Below the pieces are notes generated by a model. The model was not told the DNA's origin. It worked only from the letters and a program-made list of their open reading frames with translations, and did not search any database. Source: Thermodesulfobacteriota bacterium (lineage in GTDB: Bacteria > Desulfobacterota > Desulfobulbia > Desulfobulbales > DAOVYS01). From it: a stretch of 43,652 nucleotides of DNA. Position numbers and translations under genes: made by a program. Of this stretch, positions 34,060 to 42,042 are shown piece after piece (within the stretch, counting starts at the first letter, position 1; each line of letters starts with the position of its first letter). The stretch lies in assembly GCA_034659175.1 (NCBI GenBank), contig JAYEGR010000049.1:1-43652 (forward strand), in the 5' to 3' direction.

Positions 34060-34134
34060 TTCAAAGAGAACAAAACTCTTTTCTCCTATTTTTTGTAAAA
34101 AAGCCGACTTTGCGCCCCCAAGGTCGGCTTTTTT
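34060..34134 (+). ncRNA. candidate ~75-nt sigma54-dependent small RNA (or terminated leader of the DUF362 gene)
   Basis: Predicted TSS ~12 nt after the -12 GC. 5' hairpin AAAGAG-aacaaaa-CTCTTT (34063-34081). Single-stranded U/C-rich UCUCCUAUUUUUU. Then an intrinsic terminator. No convincing ORF. Confidence 0.4.
34097..34134 (+). terminator. intrinsic (rho-independent) terminator, potentially bidirectional
   Basis: AAAAAA-GCCGACUUU / loop GCGCCCCC / AAGGUCGGC-UUUUUU. About 9 bp of stem, flanked by an A-tract and a U-tract. Confidence 0.75.
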
Positions 34135-34241
34135 ATGTTCAGGGCAGAATTTCAGGCATTCCCATGCTGGTTGTAACCATCCATTCTTAATTTCCGGCAG
34201 GAGCATTACTCGTTTGGTCAGAGCTAAAAAAATAGCAAAGA

Positions 34242-34277
34242 GATTAACCTTGATTAACCTTTGAACCTTGAACCTCA
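34242..34277. repeat. short AACCT/GAACCT direct repeats
   Basis: GATTAACCT TGATTAACCT TTGAACCT TGAACCT, immediately upstream of the DUF362 gene. Confidence 0.45.
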
Positions 34278-34290
34278 GCGGTTACGTTTT

Positions 34291-35244
34291 ATGGAAATCA
34301 AGGACAATAAAGTAGCCATACTCCGTTGCCCCACGTATGAGCGAGATTCGCTTAAAATGGCAGTGGACGGGATTTGTCGAGCAATAGATTTTCAGATTAC
34401 GCCTGGCTGCGGGGTGCTTTTAAAACCTAATCTTGTTACGGCAAGGAGCCCGGACGGCCTGGCATGCACTAATCCATGTTTTGTGGCGGCAGTTGCTGAA
34501 TGGTTTCTGGATCATGGGGCACGTGTCAGTGTGGGGGATTCACCCGCTTTCGGGAGTAGTAAAAAGGTGATGAAGGCATGCGGCCATGAGAATGCCCTTA
34601 AGAAACTGCCTGTAAACCTGGTTGATCTTTCCTTACCCGAACGTGTGGACCTGCCTTGCGGCGATTCCATCGGGATCTCAAGGACAGCGCTTGAATCCGA
34701 TCTTTTAATAAACCTGCCAAGGATCAAGGCGCACAGTCAGCTTCTTGTCACAATGGCAGTGAAGAACTATTTCGGGACAGTGGTCGGCGGCAGAAAAGCA
34801 TGGCTTCATCTGAAATATGGTGATGAAACAGACAGGTTCGGGCAGGTACTTGTGGATCTTCTTGCAGTACTTCCCGAAGGTATTACACTTGTGGACGCCG
34901 TCACCGCAGTCCATGGGGAAAGTCATATCACGGGAAAATCCTATCATCTCGGACTGGCGGCCGGTTCGAGGAATCCTGTTGCCATAGATACGTCGTTTCT
35001 GTCTATTCTCGGGATTGATGCGGACCAAAGTCTGCTCTGGAAGGAGTGCTCAAAACAGGGGCTTTTAGGCAGCAGGGTTCAGGATATCATCTATCCCCTG
35101 CTTTCTCCGGAAGAGGTCAAAGTAGATGATTTTCAAGTACGTTCACAATTAAACCCCATAAGCTTCCGGCCGAAAAGATTAATCATCGGCGGGTTAAAAC
35201 GGCTTGCAGCCAGGATCCTGCCCGGCATTAATAGAAAGTTATGA
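34291..35244 (+). CDS. DUF362 domain protein
   Basis: VLLKPNLV...ACTNPCFVAAVAEWFLDHGARVSVGDSP... matches my memory of DUF362. ATG at 34291 (MEIKDNK) preferred to the TTG at 34261. Confidence 0.7.
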   Translation: MEIKDNKVAILRCPTYERDSLKMAVDGICRAIDFQITPGCGVLLKPNLVTARSPDGLACTNPCFVAAVAEWFLDHGARVSVGDSPAFGSSKKVMKACGHENALKKLPVNLVDLSLPERVDLPCGDSIGISRTALESDLLINLPRIKAHSQLLVTMAVKNYFGTVVGGRKAWLHLKYGDETDRFGQVLVDLLAVLPEGITLVDAVTAVHGESHITGKSYHLGLAAGSRNPVAIDTSFLSILGIDADQSLLWKECSKQGLLGSRVQDIIYPLLSPEEVKVDDFQVRSQLNPISFRPKRLIIGGLKRLAARILPGINRKL

Positions 35245-35852
35245 TGTTTAGAACGACCGGAAGGTTGATACTGGCGTCCTCCTCTCCTCGGCGGCGCCGG
35301 TTGTTAGGTGACCTGGGACTCAATTTCGAGATCATTACGGCAGATGTTGATGAACGGCCTGTTTTTGAGGAGACGCCCTCTGAATTCGTATCTCGGATAT
35401 CCTTGGAAAAGTGTATGAGCGTATCATCCGTTTGCCTGGACGGCACAATTCTGGGAGCTGACACGGTAGTCGTTCTGGATGGAGAGATTCTTGGAAAGCC
35501 TGCTGACAGAGAGTCGGCAAAGGCCATGTTGAAACGGTTGTCAGGCAGATGGCACGAGGTCTGGACAGGCTTTTGCATCTTTAATCGGAGTCAGGCGGTC
35601 ACGGTGCAGCGGGTGGTAAAGACCGATGTTCTCTTTTCCCGGCTGACGGATAAGGTCTGCGATGCCTACGTGAAGACCGGTGAACCTATGGATAAGGCCG
35701 GCGCATACGGCATCCAGGGTGTTGGCGGCGTATTTGTGGAAAGGATAAGAGGATCGTACTCCAATGTGGTCGGACTGCCGCTGGCAGAGGTGGTAAAGGA
35801 ATTGGAAAGCCTGTGTGTAATTACTCCGGCTGATGAGTCGCCTAATCCGTAA
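35241..35852 (+). CDS. maf: Maf-like nucleoside triphosphate pyrophosphatase
   Basis: LILASSSPRRRRLL, GADTVVVLDGEILGKP, DKAGAYGIQG motifs. ATGA overlap with the preceding gene. Confidence 0.92.
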   Translation: MMFRTTGRLILASSSPRRRRLLGDLGLNFEIITADVDERPVFEETPSEFVSRISLEKCMSVSSVCLDGTILGADTVVVLDGEILGKPADRESAKAMLKRLSGRWHEVWTGFCIFNRSQAVTVQRVVKTDVLFSRLTDKVCDAYVKTGEPMDKAGAYGIQGVGGVFVERIRGSYSNVVGLPLAEVVKELESLCVITPADESPNP

Positions 35853-35860
35853 TATTCACC

Positions 35861-37291
35861 CTATTCACAATCGGTCCTTACAAAGTCTGCCGCGAACAGT
35901 GCGAGATCACTTCCGTCTAAGTCACGATCCTTGTCAAAATCCCCTTCGCAATCCTCTCCGGTATCGCAATCCGTCCAGCCAAAGTCCGCTGCAAAAACAG
36001 CTAAGTCCGAATCATCTACATCACCGTCTCTGTTGAAATCTCCAATGCAGAGTTCCGGGTTAATGGACGTTTCAATACGGTCTGTTACCACAGAGGAACC
36101 GTAAGCCCGTACTTCTATGACATGAGGTCCGGGTATTGAAGCCGAAGCATTCCAAAACCCTTGCCACACCGGGGTATCGTTCACCTGCTCCATTTCATGC
36201 CAGTCTCCTCCCTCATCAATCCGAAACTCCACACCAACAACGGTTTTTTTGTCAAAGACAAGGGCGCGTATAGGATTTCCAGGACTCCGGGGGACTTCAT
36301 ATGCAAAGGGATTTGACTGGTTTCCCATGCTCTGATCTACAGGAGCCGTTATCAGGACGACCGGCCATGTCCCTTTATCAGCAGGCACAACGGACAGGCC
36401 GTTTCCGTCAACAGCCATGATCGCATAATGATCCTGTCCAGATTTTCCAAGGGATGCCACATTCAAATAGAAAACACCCTGAAAAAGGGTGTCGTAATAA
36501 AAATTTTCCCGGTAATCATGGGTATGGCCGAATCCGTATTGAGAAACACCGTAATCGTCTATTAGATAGAGGAGAGACTCTAAACCGTATGTAAGTCCCG
36601 TGTCTGTCCAGGTCGAATAGCCGGCATAAAAAGGATGATGCCCAAATATCAGCGTAAGCTCCGCATCAGGATGATTTATCAATTGGGACTCAATAAAAGC
36701 CAGCTCGCCTTGATCAAGCCCTGCATGGTCGCCGAAGTTGTCACCCGGCCAGATGCTGAAAGGGGCCCCATCGTTTCCTGCCGTGCAGACACCGAGAAAA
36801 TGATAACTGCCAAAGGGAAAGTTTCGTACCCATGAGGACTGAGTAGAACCGGAGGCGCTTCCCTGGATTGAATTAGCAAGGTGGTAAGCAAAATCCGCAT
36901 CATTATAAGCATCATGGTTGCCTGGAATATCAAAATAAAACGTTGCATCAATACCGGCTGCGTCGAGTATCCGCCTGTACAGGTCCCACTCTTCCTGATA
37001 GGGACCGTTGGGGATGACGCCACCGTTGGTAGAATCCGTCAAGTCCCCGGCATTCACTATAAAAAGGGGGGCGATCACTTCCCTGGCCTCATTCACGGCC
37101 CAGGTCAGGTAGTCTGTTTCCTGACCGCCTTCGGTTCCTATGTGGGAATCGGATATGATCATGAACCAGAAAAGCCGGTCACTGCTCCAGTGGTAATAAG
37201 CGCCGAGGGGATTTCCGGCAATGGATAAAAGAGGAAGAATGAAGATAATAAGAGATATAAGAAGGGGTTGAAAGAAGAATCTTTTTTTCAC
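35861..37291 (-). CDS. secreted calcineurin-like metallophosphoesterase with C-terminal dockerin-like repeats
   Basis: Signal peptide. Metallophosphoesterase motifs ISDSHIG, AGDLTD, GNHD, GHHP, GHTH. The C-terminus has two repeats of DFNRDGDVDDSDLAVFAADFG / DFDKDRDLDGSDLALFAADF. Confidence 0.85.
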   Translation of the reverse strand: MKKRFFFQPLLISLIIFILPLLSIAGNPLGAYYHWSSDRLFWFMIISDSHIGTEGGQETDYLTWAVNEAREVIAPLFIVNAGDLTDSTNGGVIPNGPYQEEWDLYRRILDAAGIDATFYFDIPGNHDAYNDADFAYHLANSIQGSASGSTQSSWVRNFPFGSYHFLGVCTAGNDGAPFSIWPGDNFGDHAGLDQGELAFIESQLINHPDAELTLIFGHHPFYAGYSTWTDTGLTYGLESLLYLIDDYGVSQYGFGHTHDYRENFYYDTLFQGVFYLNVASLGKSGQDHYAIMAVDGNGLSVVPADKGTWPVVLITAPVDQSMGNQSNPFAYEVPRSPGNPIRALVFDKKTVVGVEFRIDEGGDWHEMEQVNDTPVWQGFWNASASIPGPHVIEVRAYGSSVVTDRIETSINPELCIGDFNRDGDVDDSDLAVFAADFGWTDCDTGEDCEGDFDKDRDLDGSDLALFAADFVRTDCE

Positions 37292-37818
37292 GGCTGCTTT
37301 TCACCTCCCTTATTGTCCATACCCGTTGCCCTGGTCCGTTTTCCCAGTCTGTTAATCAATTCATCAAGAGTTCCAAGGGAATAGCCATCTTTTTCTTGTT
37401 CCCGCAGCTCCTTCAATGTTTTCTCCGCTCCTTTATAATCCCCGGCCATTTCCAGCGCTGATGCCAACTGCAGGTATACTTCTTTACGTTCAGGTGCAAG
37501 ACGTAAGGCCTTTTCATAAACATTTGCCGCTTTTAGAAATTCCTTTTGCACAAAATAGGTCCGCCCCAGATGGAGGTAGGGTTCAACACGATCGGGCTTT
37601 CTCTGAATGGCTTTCTGAAAGGCCTTTTCAGCCAGTGCATATTCAGTGTCAGCTCTTGCCCTGTCCTTTTGCGGTATGGCTTCATAAAAGGCCCTTTTAA
37701 AATGATCAACCCCTCTTCTTTCAAACTCTTCCGCTGTCTCAGCCTGGGAATAAACATTCATCCCCGGACTGAAAAGAAAAAAGAACCAAATCAGGACTAT
37801 TATTTTCTTCATTTTCAA
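37288..37818 (-). CDS. TPR-repeat protein with signal peptide
   Basis: 176 aa. Signal peptide MKMKKIIVLIWFFFLFSPGMNVYS, then three or four TPR-like helical repeats (AEKAFQKAIQRKPD..., AANVYEKALRLAPE...). Confidence 0.75.
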   Translation of the reverse strand: MKMKKIIVLIWFFFLFSPGMNVYSQAETAEEFERRGVDHFKRAFYEAIPQKDRARADTEYALAEKAFQKAIQRKPDRVEPYLHLGRTYFVQKEFLKAANVYEKALRLAPERKEVYLQLASALEMAGDYKGAEKTLKELREQEKDGYSLGTLDELINRLGKRTRATGMDNKGGEKQP

Positions 37819-38085
37819 AATTCCTTTTTTTTAGTACCTTAGAAAATATTATCGGAAAGTACTTATACCATGATTGCAGTTACATTTTTCGTAATTTTAT
37901 TCCGGATTTACGGAAAAATAGAGATGTTTTGATTATGTTAGTATGTGGCGAATATTAGCCTAACAAGTTGCAATTGCGGAAACAAATCAAGCGCATAGGG
38001 AAAATGGAATGAATTTTGCAGTTTAACTGTATCAATGGACGATTTTTATGTATTGTGAATAAAATAGCGACAACAATTCTGATTA

Positions 38086-38589
38086 ATGAAAAATATGGAA
38101 TCAAAACAAAGAAAACAAAAGGCCGTAAAACAGGCAATAGTTGTTGTTTTAATAACATTATTAACCGGCACATTTATAATTAGACATGCAGAGGTGAAAA
38201 TAGACAAGGAAATTATTTCTGAAGTTTCATCTGAAGATTTAAAGGAGAAAGTTCAAACTCAAACTTGTGAAGTTATTTCAGAAACTGTTCGCTATGTTAC
38301 TGCTTATAACGTTAATGATCCTGACCAATGTTTCGGCGATCCTTGTATATCCGCAAACGGGGAGAATATTTGTAACGCTCTTGATCTGGGTTACAATCGT
38401 TGTGCCGCAAATTTTGTCCCATTGGGCACTATCTTGTTTGTTGAAAATTACGGGGAGTGTTTAGTTACCGACAGGATGAATTCAAGATATAAAAATCGCG
38501 TTGACATAGCGATGAAAAAGGACGAGAAAGAAAAGGCATTAACATTCGGTATTCAAAAAATAAATGTTAAAATTTTAACAAAGATGTAA
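38086..38589 (+). CDS. 3D-domain protein (MltA/RlpA-like double-psi beta-barrel fold), membrane anchored
   Basis: N-terminal TM anchor. VTAYNVNDPDQCFGDPCISANGE...CAANFVPLGTILFVENYGECLVTDRMNSRYKNRVDIAM resembles the 3D domain. The local sequence is markedly AT-rich. Confidence 0.7.
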   Translation: MKNMESKQRKQKAVKQAIVVVLITLLTGTFIIRHAEVKIDKEIISEVSSEDLKEKVQTQTCEVISETVRYVTAYNVNDPDQCFGDPCISANGENICNALDLGYNRCAANFVPLGTILFVENYGECLVTDRMNSRYKNRVDIAMKKDEKEKALTFGIQKINVKILTKM

Positions 38590-38603
38590 TTTGTGCTCTT
38601 ACA

Positions 38604-40688
38604 CTAATCCTGCGCCGTGGTGATCGTGTACATCTTTGAAAAATCACCGATTTTCAGGAAAAGACGGGATATGGCGGTCAGCAGGGAAAGCCTGTTGTTC
38701 CGGATTTCCGGATTTTCCGTCATTACCATCACATCGTCAAAAAAAGCATCCACAGGCTCTTTCATCTTCAGGATGGTTTCCAGGGCCTGATTGTATTTTT
38801 TCTTCTCAAAAAGCGGATCGCTCTCATTCGCTACTGCAAGATAGGTTTCATACAGGGATTGTTCCGCGGTTTCCGTCAGCAGGTCTTTGTTTACGTTGGT
38901 ATTGCCATGATCTTTGATTATGTTCATCACCCGTTTAAAGGAACCGGCCAAAAGCGCAAATGCAGGCTGTGAGCTGATTGCCACCAGGGCCTCTATCCTC
39001 TTGCGGCAGTCAACCACGTCGTCAAACGAGATCGAGGTCACGGCCTCCACTGCCTCAGCAGGCACACCCTCGGAAATCAGGTCATTTACAAAGCGTCCTT
39101 TGATGAATTCAAGGATGTTTTTTTGAGCTGTTTTTTTGTCTTCGCTAAGTTTGTTTTCAAAAAGATCAAGCGCCTTTTTAACAAATTCAGACAGGGAAAT
39201 TGAAAAGGATTTATCCTGGATGATGTGGAGTAAGCCCAGGGAGAGTCTTCTCAGTCCGTATGGGTCCGTGGCCCCGGTGGGAGCCTGCCCGATGCCGAAA
39301 CAGCCTGCGATGGAATCCAGCCTGTCCGCCATACTCACAATGGTCCCGGGTATTCCATCAGGCAGTTCGCTTCCTGCCCTGATTGGACGATAATGTTCCA
39401 GGATTCCGTTTGCAACTTCTACTTTTTCTCCATCCAGGATGGCATAGTCCCGGCCCATAACCCCCTGCAGTGAAGGAAACTCAGTGACCATGGCGGTAAG
39501 GAGATCCGACTTTGAAAGTTCGGCTGTCCGTTTAACGGTCTCAGTGAGATCCGGCGCGAATTTTTCAGCCATCATTCCGGCCAGTTTTGTTACACGTTCG
39601 GTTTTTTCCAGAAGCGTGCCGAGCTTGGCCTGAAAGATTACCCCGGAAAGACTTGCCACTCTGTCAGCCAGGGGCGTCTTTTTATCTTCCCGGAAAAAGA
39701 ACAACGCATCTTCAAGCCTTGCCCTTAGAACCCGCTGATGACCCTCGGCCCCTAGTTTTGCGTCTTTGACTTTTGTGTTGTTTACAGCTATAAAATTGGG
39801 AAGCAGGTTACCGTTGTCATCGATTACGGCAAAATATTTCTGATGCTCTCGCATTGCCGTGATCAGGACATCGCTTGGCAGGTCCAGGAATCGTTTTTCA
39901 AAAATGCCGCATATGGCATGCGGAGTCTCAACCAACTGCGTTACGATCTCGATCAGTTCGTCATCCGGAAGTATGGTTCCTCCGGCCTCCATGGCTGCCC
40001 GGTTGATTTCTTTTACCAGAGTAATTCTACGTTCGGAAATATCGGCCAGGACATGATTGTTGCGCAATTTGTTGAGATAGTCAGAGAAATCATTAACCTC
40101 AAACGGGTCAGGCGCCATGAAACGATGGCCTTTTGTCATGTTGCCGCTTGAAATATTTTCAATCTGAAACCGGATCACGTTCCCGCCATAGAGTGCAAGG
40201 AGCCATTGAATCGGACGTGCAAAAACGGCGCTGCCGTCACCCCAGCGCATTGATTTTGGAAATGGCAGTTCCCGGATCAGCTCTATAAGCAATTCGGGCA
40301 GGATATTTATTGTCTTCTTGCCCTTTTTTTCACTTACCAGCATCAGGTATTCACCTTTGGGCGTGGTGATTATTTTCAAGTCATCCACCAAAGCGCCCCT
40401 TGATTTAGCAAATCCAAGGGCTGCCTTGGTCGGTTTCCCGTCTGCGTCGTAAGCTGCCTTTTTGGGCGGCCCGGTGATTTCTTCTACGCTGTCGGGCTGA
40501 TTGTCAGCCAGGTCGGAAACAGATATGGTCAGGCGTCTCGGAGTGGCAACGGTCTTGATTTCTCCGAACTCAAGAGAAAAGCCTGACAGCTTTCTTGTCA
40601 GGATGACTCTCATGTTCTCAAGCGACGGAATGATAAAACCCGCGGGCAACTCTTCGGTTCCAATTTCAAACAGCAGTTCGTGGACCAT
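38604..40688 (-). CDS. glyS: glycine--tRNA ligase beta subunit
   Basis: Canonical N-terminus MVHELLFEIGTEELP. The ORF-track start at 40787 extends into repeat B3, so I use the ATG at 40688. ~695 aa. Confidence 0.93.
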   Translation of the reverse strand: MVHELLFEIGTEELPAGFIIPSLENMRVILTRKLSGFSLEFGEIKTVATPRRLTISVSDLADNQPDSVEEITGPPKKAAYDADGKPTKAALGFAKSRGALVDDLKIITTPKGEYLMLVSEKKGKKTINILPELLIELIRELPFPKSMRWGDGSAVFARPIQWLLALYGGNVIRFQIENISSGNMTKGHRFMAPDPFEVNDFSDYLNKLRNNHVLADISERRITLVKEINRAAMEAGGTILPDDELIEIVTQLVETPHAICGIFEKRFLDLPSDVLITAMREHQKYFAVIDDNGNLLPNFIAVNNTKVKDAKLGAEGHQRVLRARLEDALFFFREDKKTPLADRVASLSGVIFQAKLGTLLEKTERVTKLAGMMAEKFAPDLTETVKRTAELSKSDLLTAMVTEFPSLQGVMGRDYAILDGEKVEVANGILEHYRPIRAGSELPDGIPGTIVSMADRLDSIAGCFGIGQAPTGATDPYGLRRLSLGLLHIIQDKSFSISLSEFVKKALDLFENKLSEDKKTAQKNILEFIKGRFVNDLISEGVPAEAVEAVTSISFDDVVDCRKRIEALVAISSQPAFALLAGSFKRVMNIIKDHGNTNVNKDLLTETAEQSLYETYLAVANESDPLFEKKKYNQALETILKMKEPVDAFFDDVMVMTENPEIRNNRLSLLTAISRLFLKIGDFSKMYTITTAQD

Positions 40689-40744
40689 TATGTTCCTTTT
40701 TATTTTTCTGATTATAACGGTTTGGGGCAGGAAAGCCTTATCAT

Positions 40745-40894
40745 GTAATCGTTCACAGGTGCCCCAGATGTGCACCCTGAAGGGCATAAACTCCAGCAGG
40801 CCGGCGAACTATAGTAAACCTATGTGAGTCGGACTGATCGCGTGCAGGTAAGCGAGACTGCGAGACTCCGGGTGGGGTGCCTGTGAACGATTCC
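40745..40894 (+). mobile_element. palindromic MITE-like element, family B, copy B3 (degenerate inner arm)
   Basis: Termini GTAATCGTTCACAGGTGCCCC / GGGGTGCCTGTGAACGATTCC. Central CTATAGTAAACCTATG. Module GCAGGTAAGCGAGACTGCGAGACTCCGG in the same orientation as B1. Confidence 0.8.
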
Positions 40895-41630
40895 GGCCCT
40901 TCAAGTGACGCGAATGTGCTGAAGCCCTCTGACAGATTTTCAACAGTGATTGCAAACCAGCGGATGTCCTGGTTGCCTTCAAGTTTGCTCCCAATGGCTT
41001 TTGCCAATTTTTCTACTGAAAGGTAATTATCCCGTGATGGATTGGGAGATTTTTCAGGCCAACACAGATTGTGTGACGTGACCTTCTCGACCATCTCGAT
41101 CAATTCTTCAATCCAGATAAAACGTTTAAAGCGGAGACGAATTTCCGCAACCCCCCAGTGGCCCAGGGATCTAGGCAGGCCTTCACTGATCTGGGCTGGG
41201 ACGGGAGGTGAGATGGGTACCTGAATTTCCAGGGTCAGGTCGTCCTCGCCGTCAAGGGATCCATGCATCCTGCAAGTGTATACGGAGATGCCGACCGTAT
41301 TTGGAAAGGTGTTTTTTTTTTCAGGAAGTAAGGGAATTCAATCTCAATATGGGCGGCTTCGGCTTTTAGTTTTGTCTTCATTTCCTCAAGGATCAACCGA
41401 AAACTCCTTAAGTTTATATGGCCGTGAAACCGGTTCAGTATTTCAATAAACCGGCTCATATGTGTGCCTTTGAAGAGGTGGGGCAGATTTACATACATGT
41501 TGACCGTGCCAACGGTCCTCTGAAGCTTGTTTTCCTTGTCCAGAACAGAGATCGGATAAGAAATTCCTTTTATCCCGACCTTTTTAATGTTGATTCGGCG
41601 GTCATCGGGCTGGTTTTGAATATCTTTCAT
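40895..41630 (-). pseudogene. folE2: GTP cyclohydrolase FolE2/MptA family (type IB), frameshifted and 3'-disrupted
   Basis: The N-terminal ORF (41235..41630) has FolE2 hallmarks (INIKKVGIKGISYPISV...KGTHMSRFIEIL). The frame breaks at an A10 run (T10 on the plus strand, 41312-41321). The continuation (NTFPNTVGISVYTCRMHGSLDGEDDLTLEIQVP...IWIEELI) is in the +1 frame. That ORF then reads through repeat B3. Confidence 0.65.
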
Positions 41631-41646
41631 AAGGTACTTATCTACA

Positions 41647-42000
41647 TCAGGAAATGTGCCGTTTGACGGCAGCCTTTAATTCATCAAGATTTGCGGATTT
41701 CACTATGTAGTCATCCGAGGCCCACGATGCGAGATCCTGCTTGAATTCCTGGTAGGCGGAACTTAAGATAACAGGCAGATCCGGGTTGATTTCCTTTATT
41801 TTGCGAAGGACTTCGATCCCGTCCATTCCCGGCATGTTAATATCAAGGATTACCAGGTCTGGTGAGATGTCATTCAGTTTGTCCAGGGCATCCTCTCCTG
41901 ACAAGGCCCCGTAAACTTCATAGCCCTCTTCCTCGAATTCTTCACTGTAAAGGAGATGAATGCTGTCTTCGTCATCAATTATTAGAATTTTTTTTGCCAT
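41647..42000 (-). CDS. single-domain response regulator (CheY-like receiver)
   Basis: 117 aa. ILIIDDEDS, phospho-acceptor context LVILDINMPGMDG, conserved K (YIVKSA). Confidence 0.88.
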   Translation of the reverse strand: MAKKILIIDDEDSIHLLYSEEFEEEGYEVYGALSGEDALDKLNDISPDLVILDINMPGMDGIEVLRKIKEINPDLPVILSSAYQEFKQDLASWASDDYIVKSANLDELKAAVKRHIS

Positions 42001-42042
42001 GATACCCTCCTGGTCTTTACAACACCGGGCTTATAACGCCCG

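Noticed and set aside
33838-34264. Small ORFs of 86, 104 and 70 aa in the aconitase-DUF362 intergenic region.
   Set aside because: They have non-ATG starts, no RBS and F/L/W-rich junk-like sequence. They overlap a sigma54 promoter and an intrinsic terminator. The region is better explained as regulatory or sRNA-encoding.
40689-40787. 33-codon N-terminal extension of glyS in the ORF track.
   Set aside because: The extension runs into element B3. The canonical GlyS N-terminus MVHELLFEIGTEELP starts at the ATG at 40688.
40753-41268. 171-aa ORF that might be read as an independent gene overlapping the glyS start.
   Set aside because: Its N-terminal part is the out-of-frame continuation of folE2. 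Its last ~45 codons are read-through of repeat element B3. It is annotated as part of a folE2 pseudogene instead.
40689-41630. Absence of glyQ immediately upstream of glyS as an anomaly.
   Set aside because: glyQ may simply be elsewhere in the genome. This cannot be evaluated from one window.
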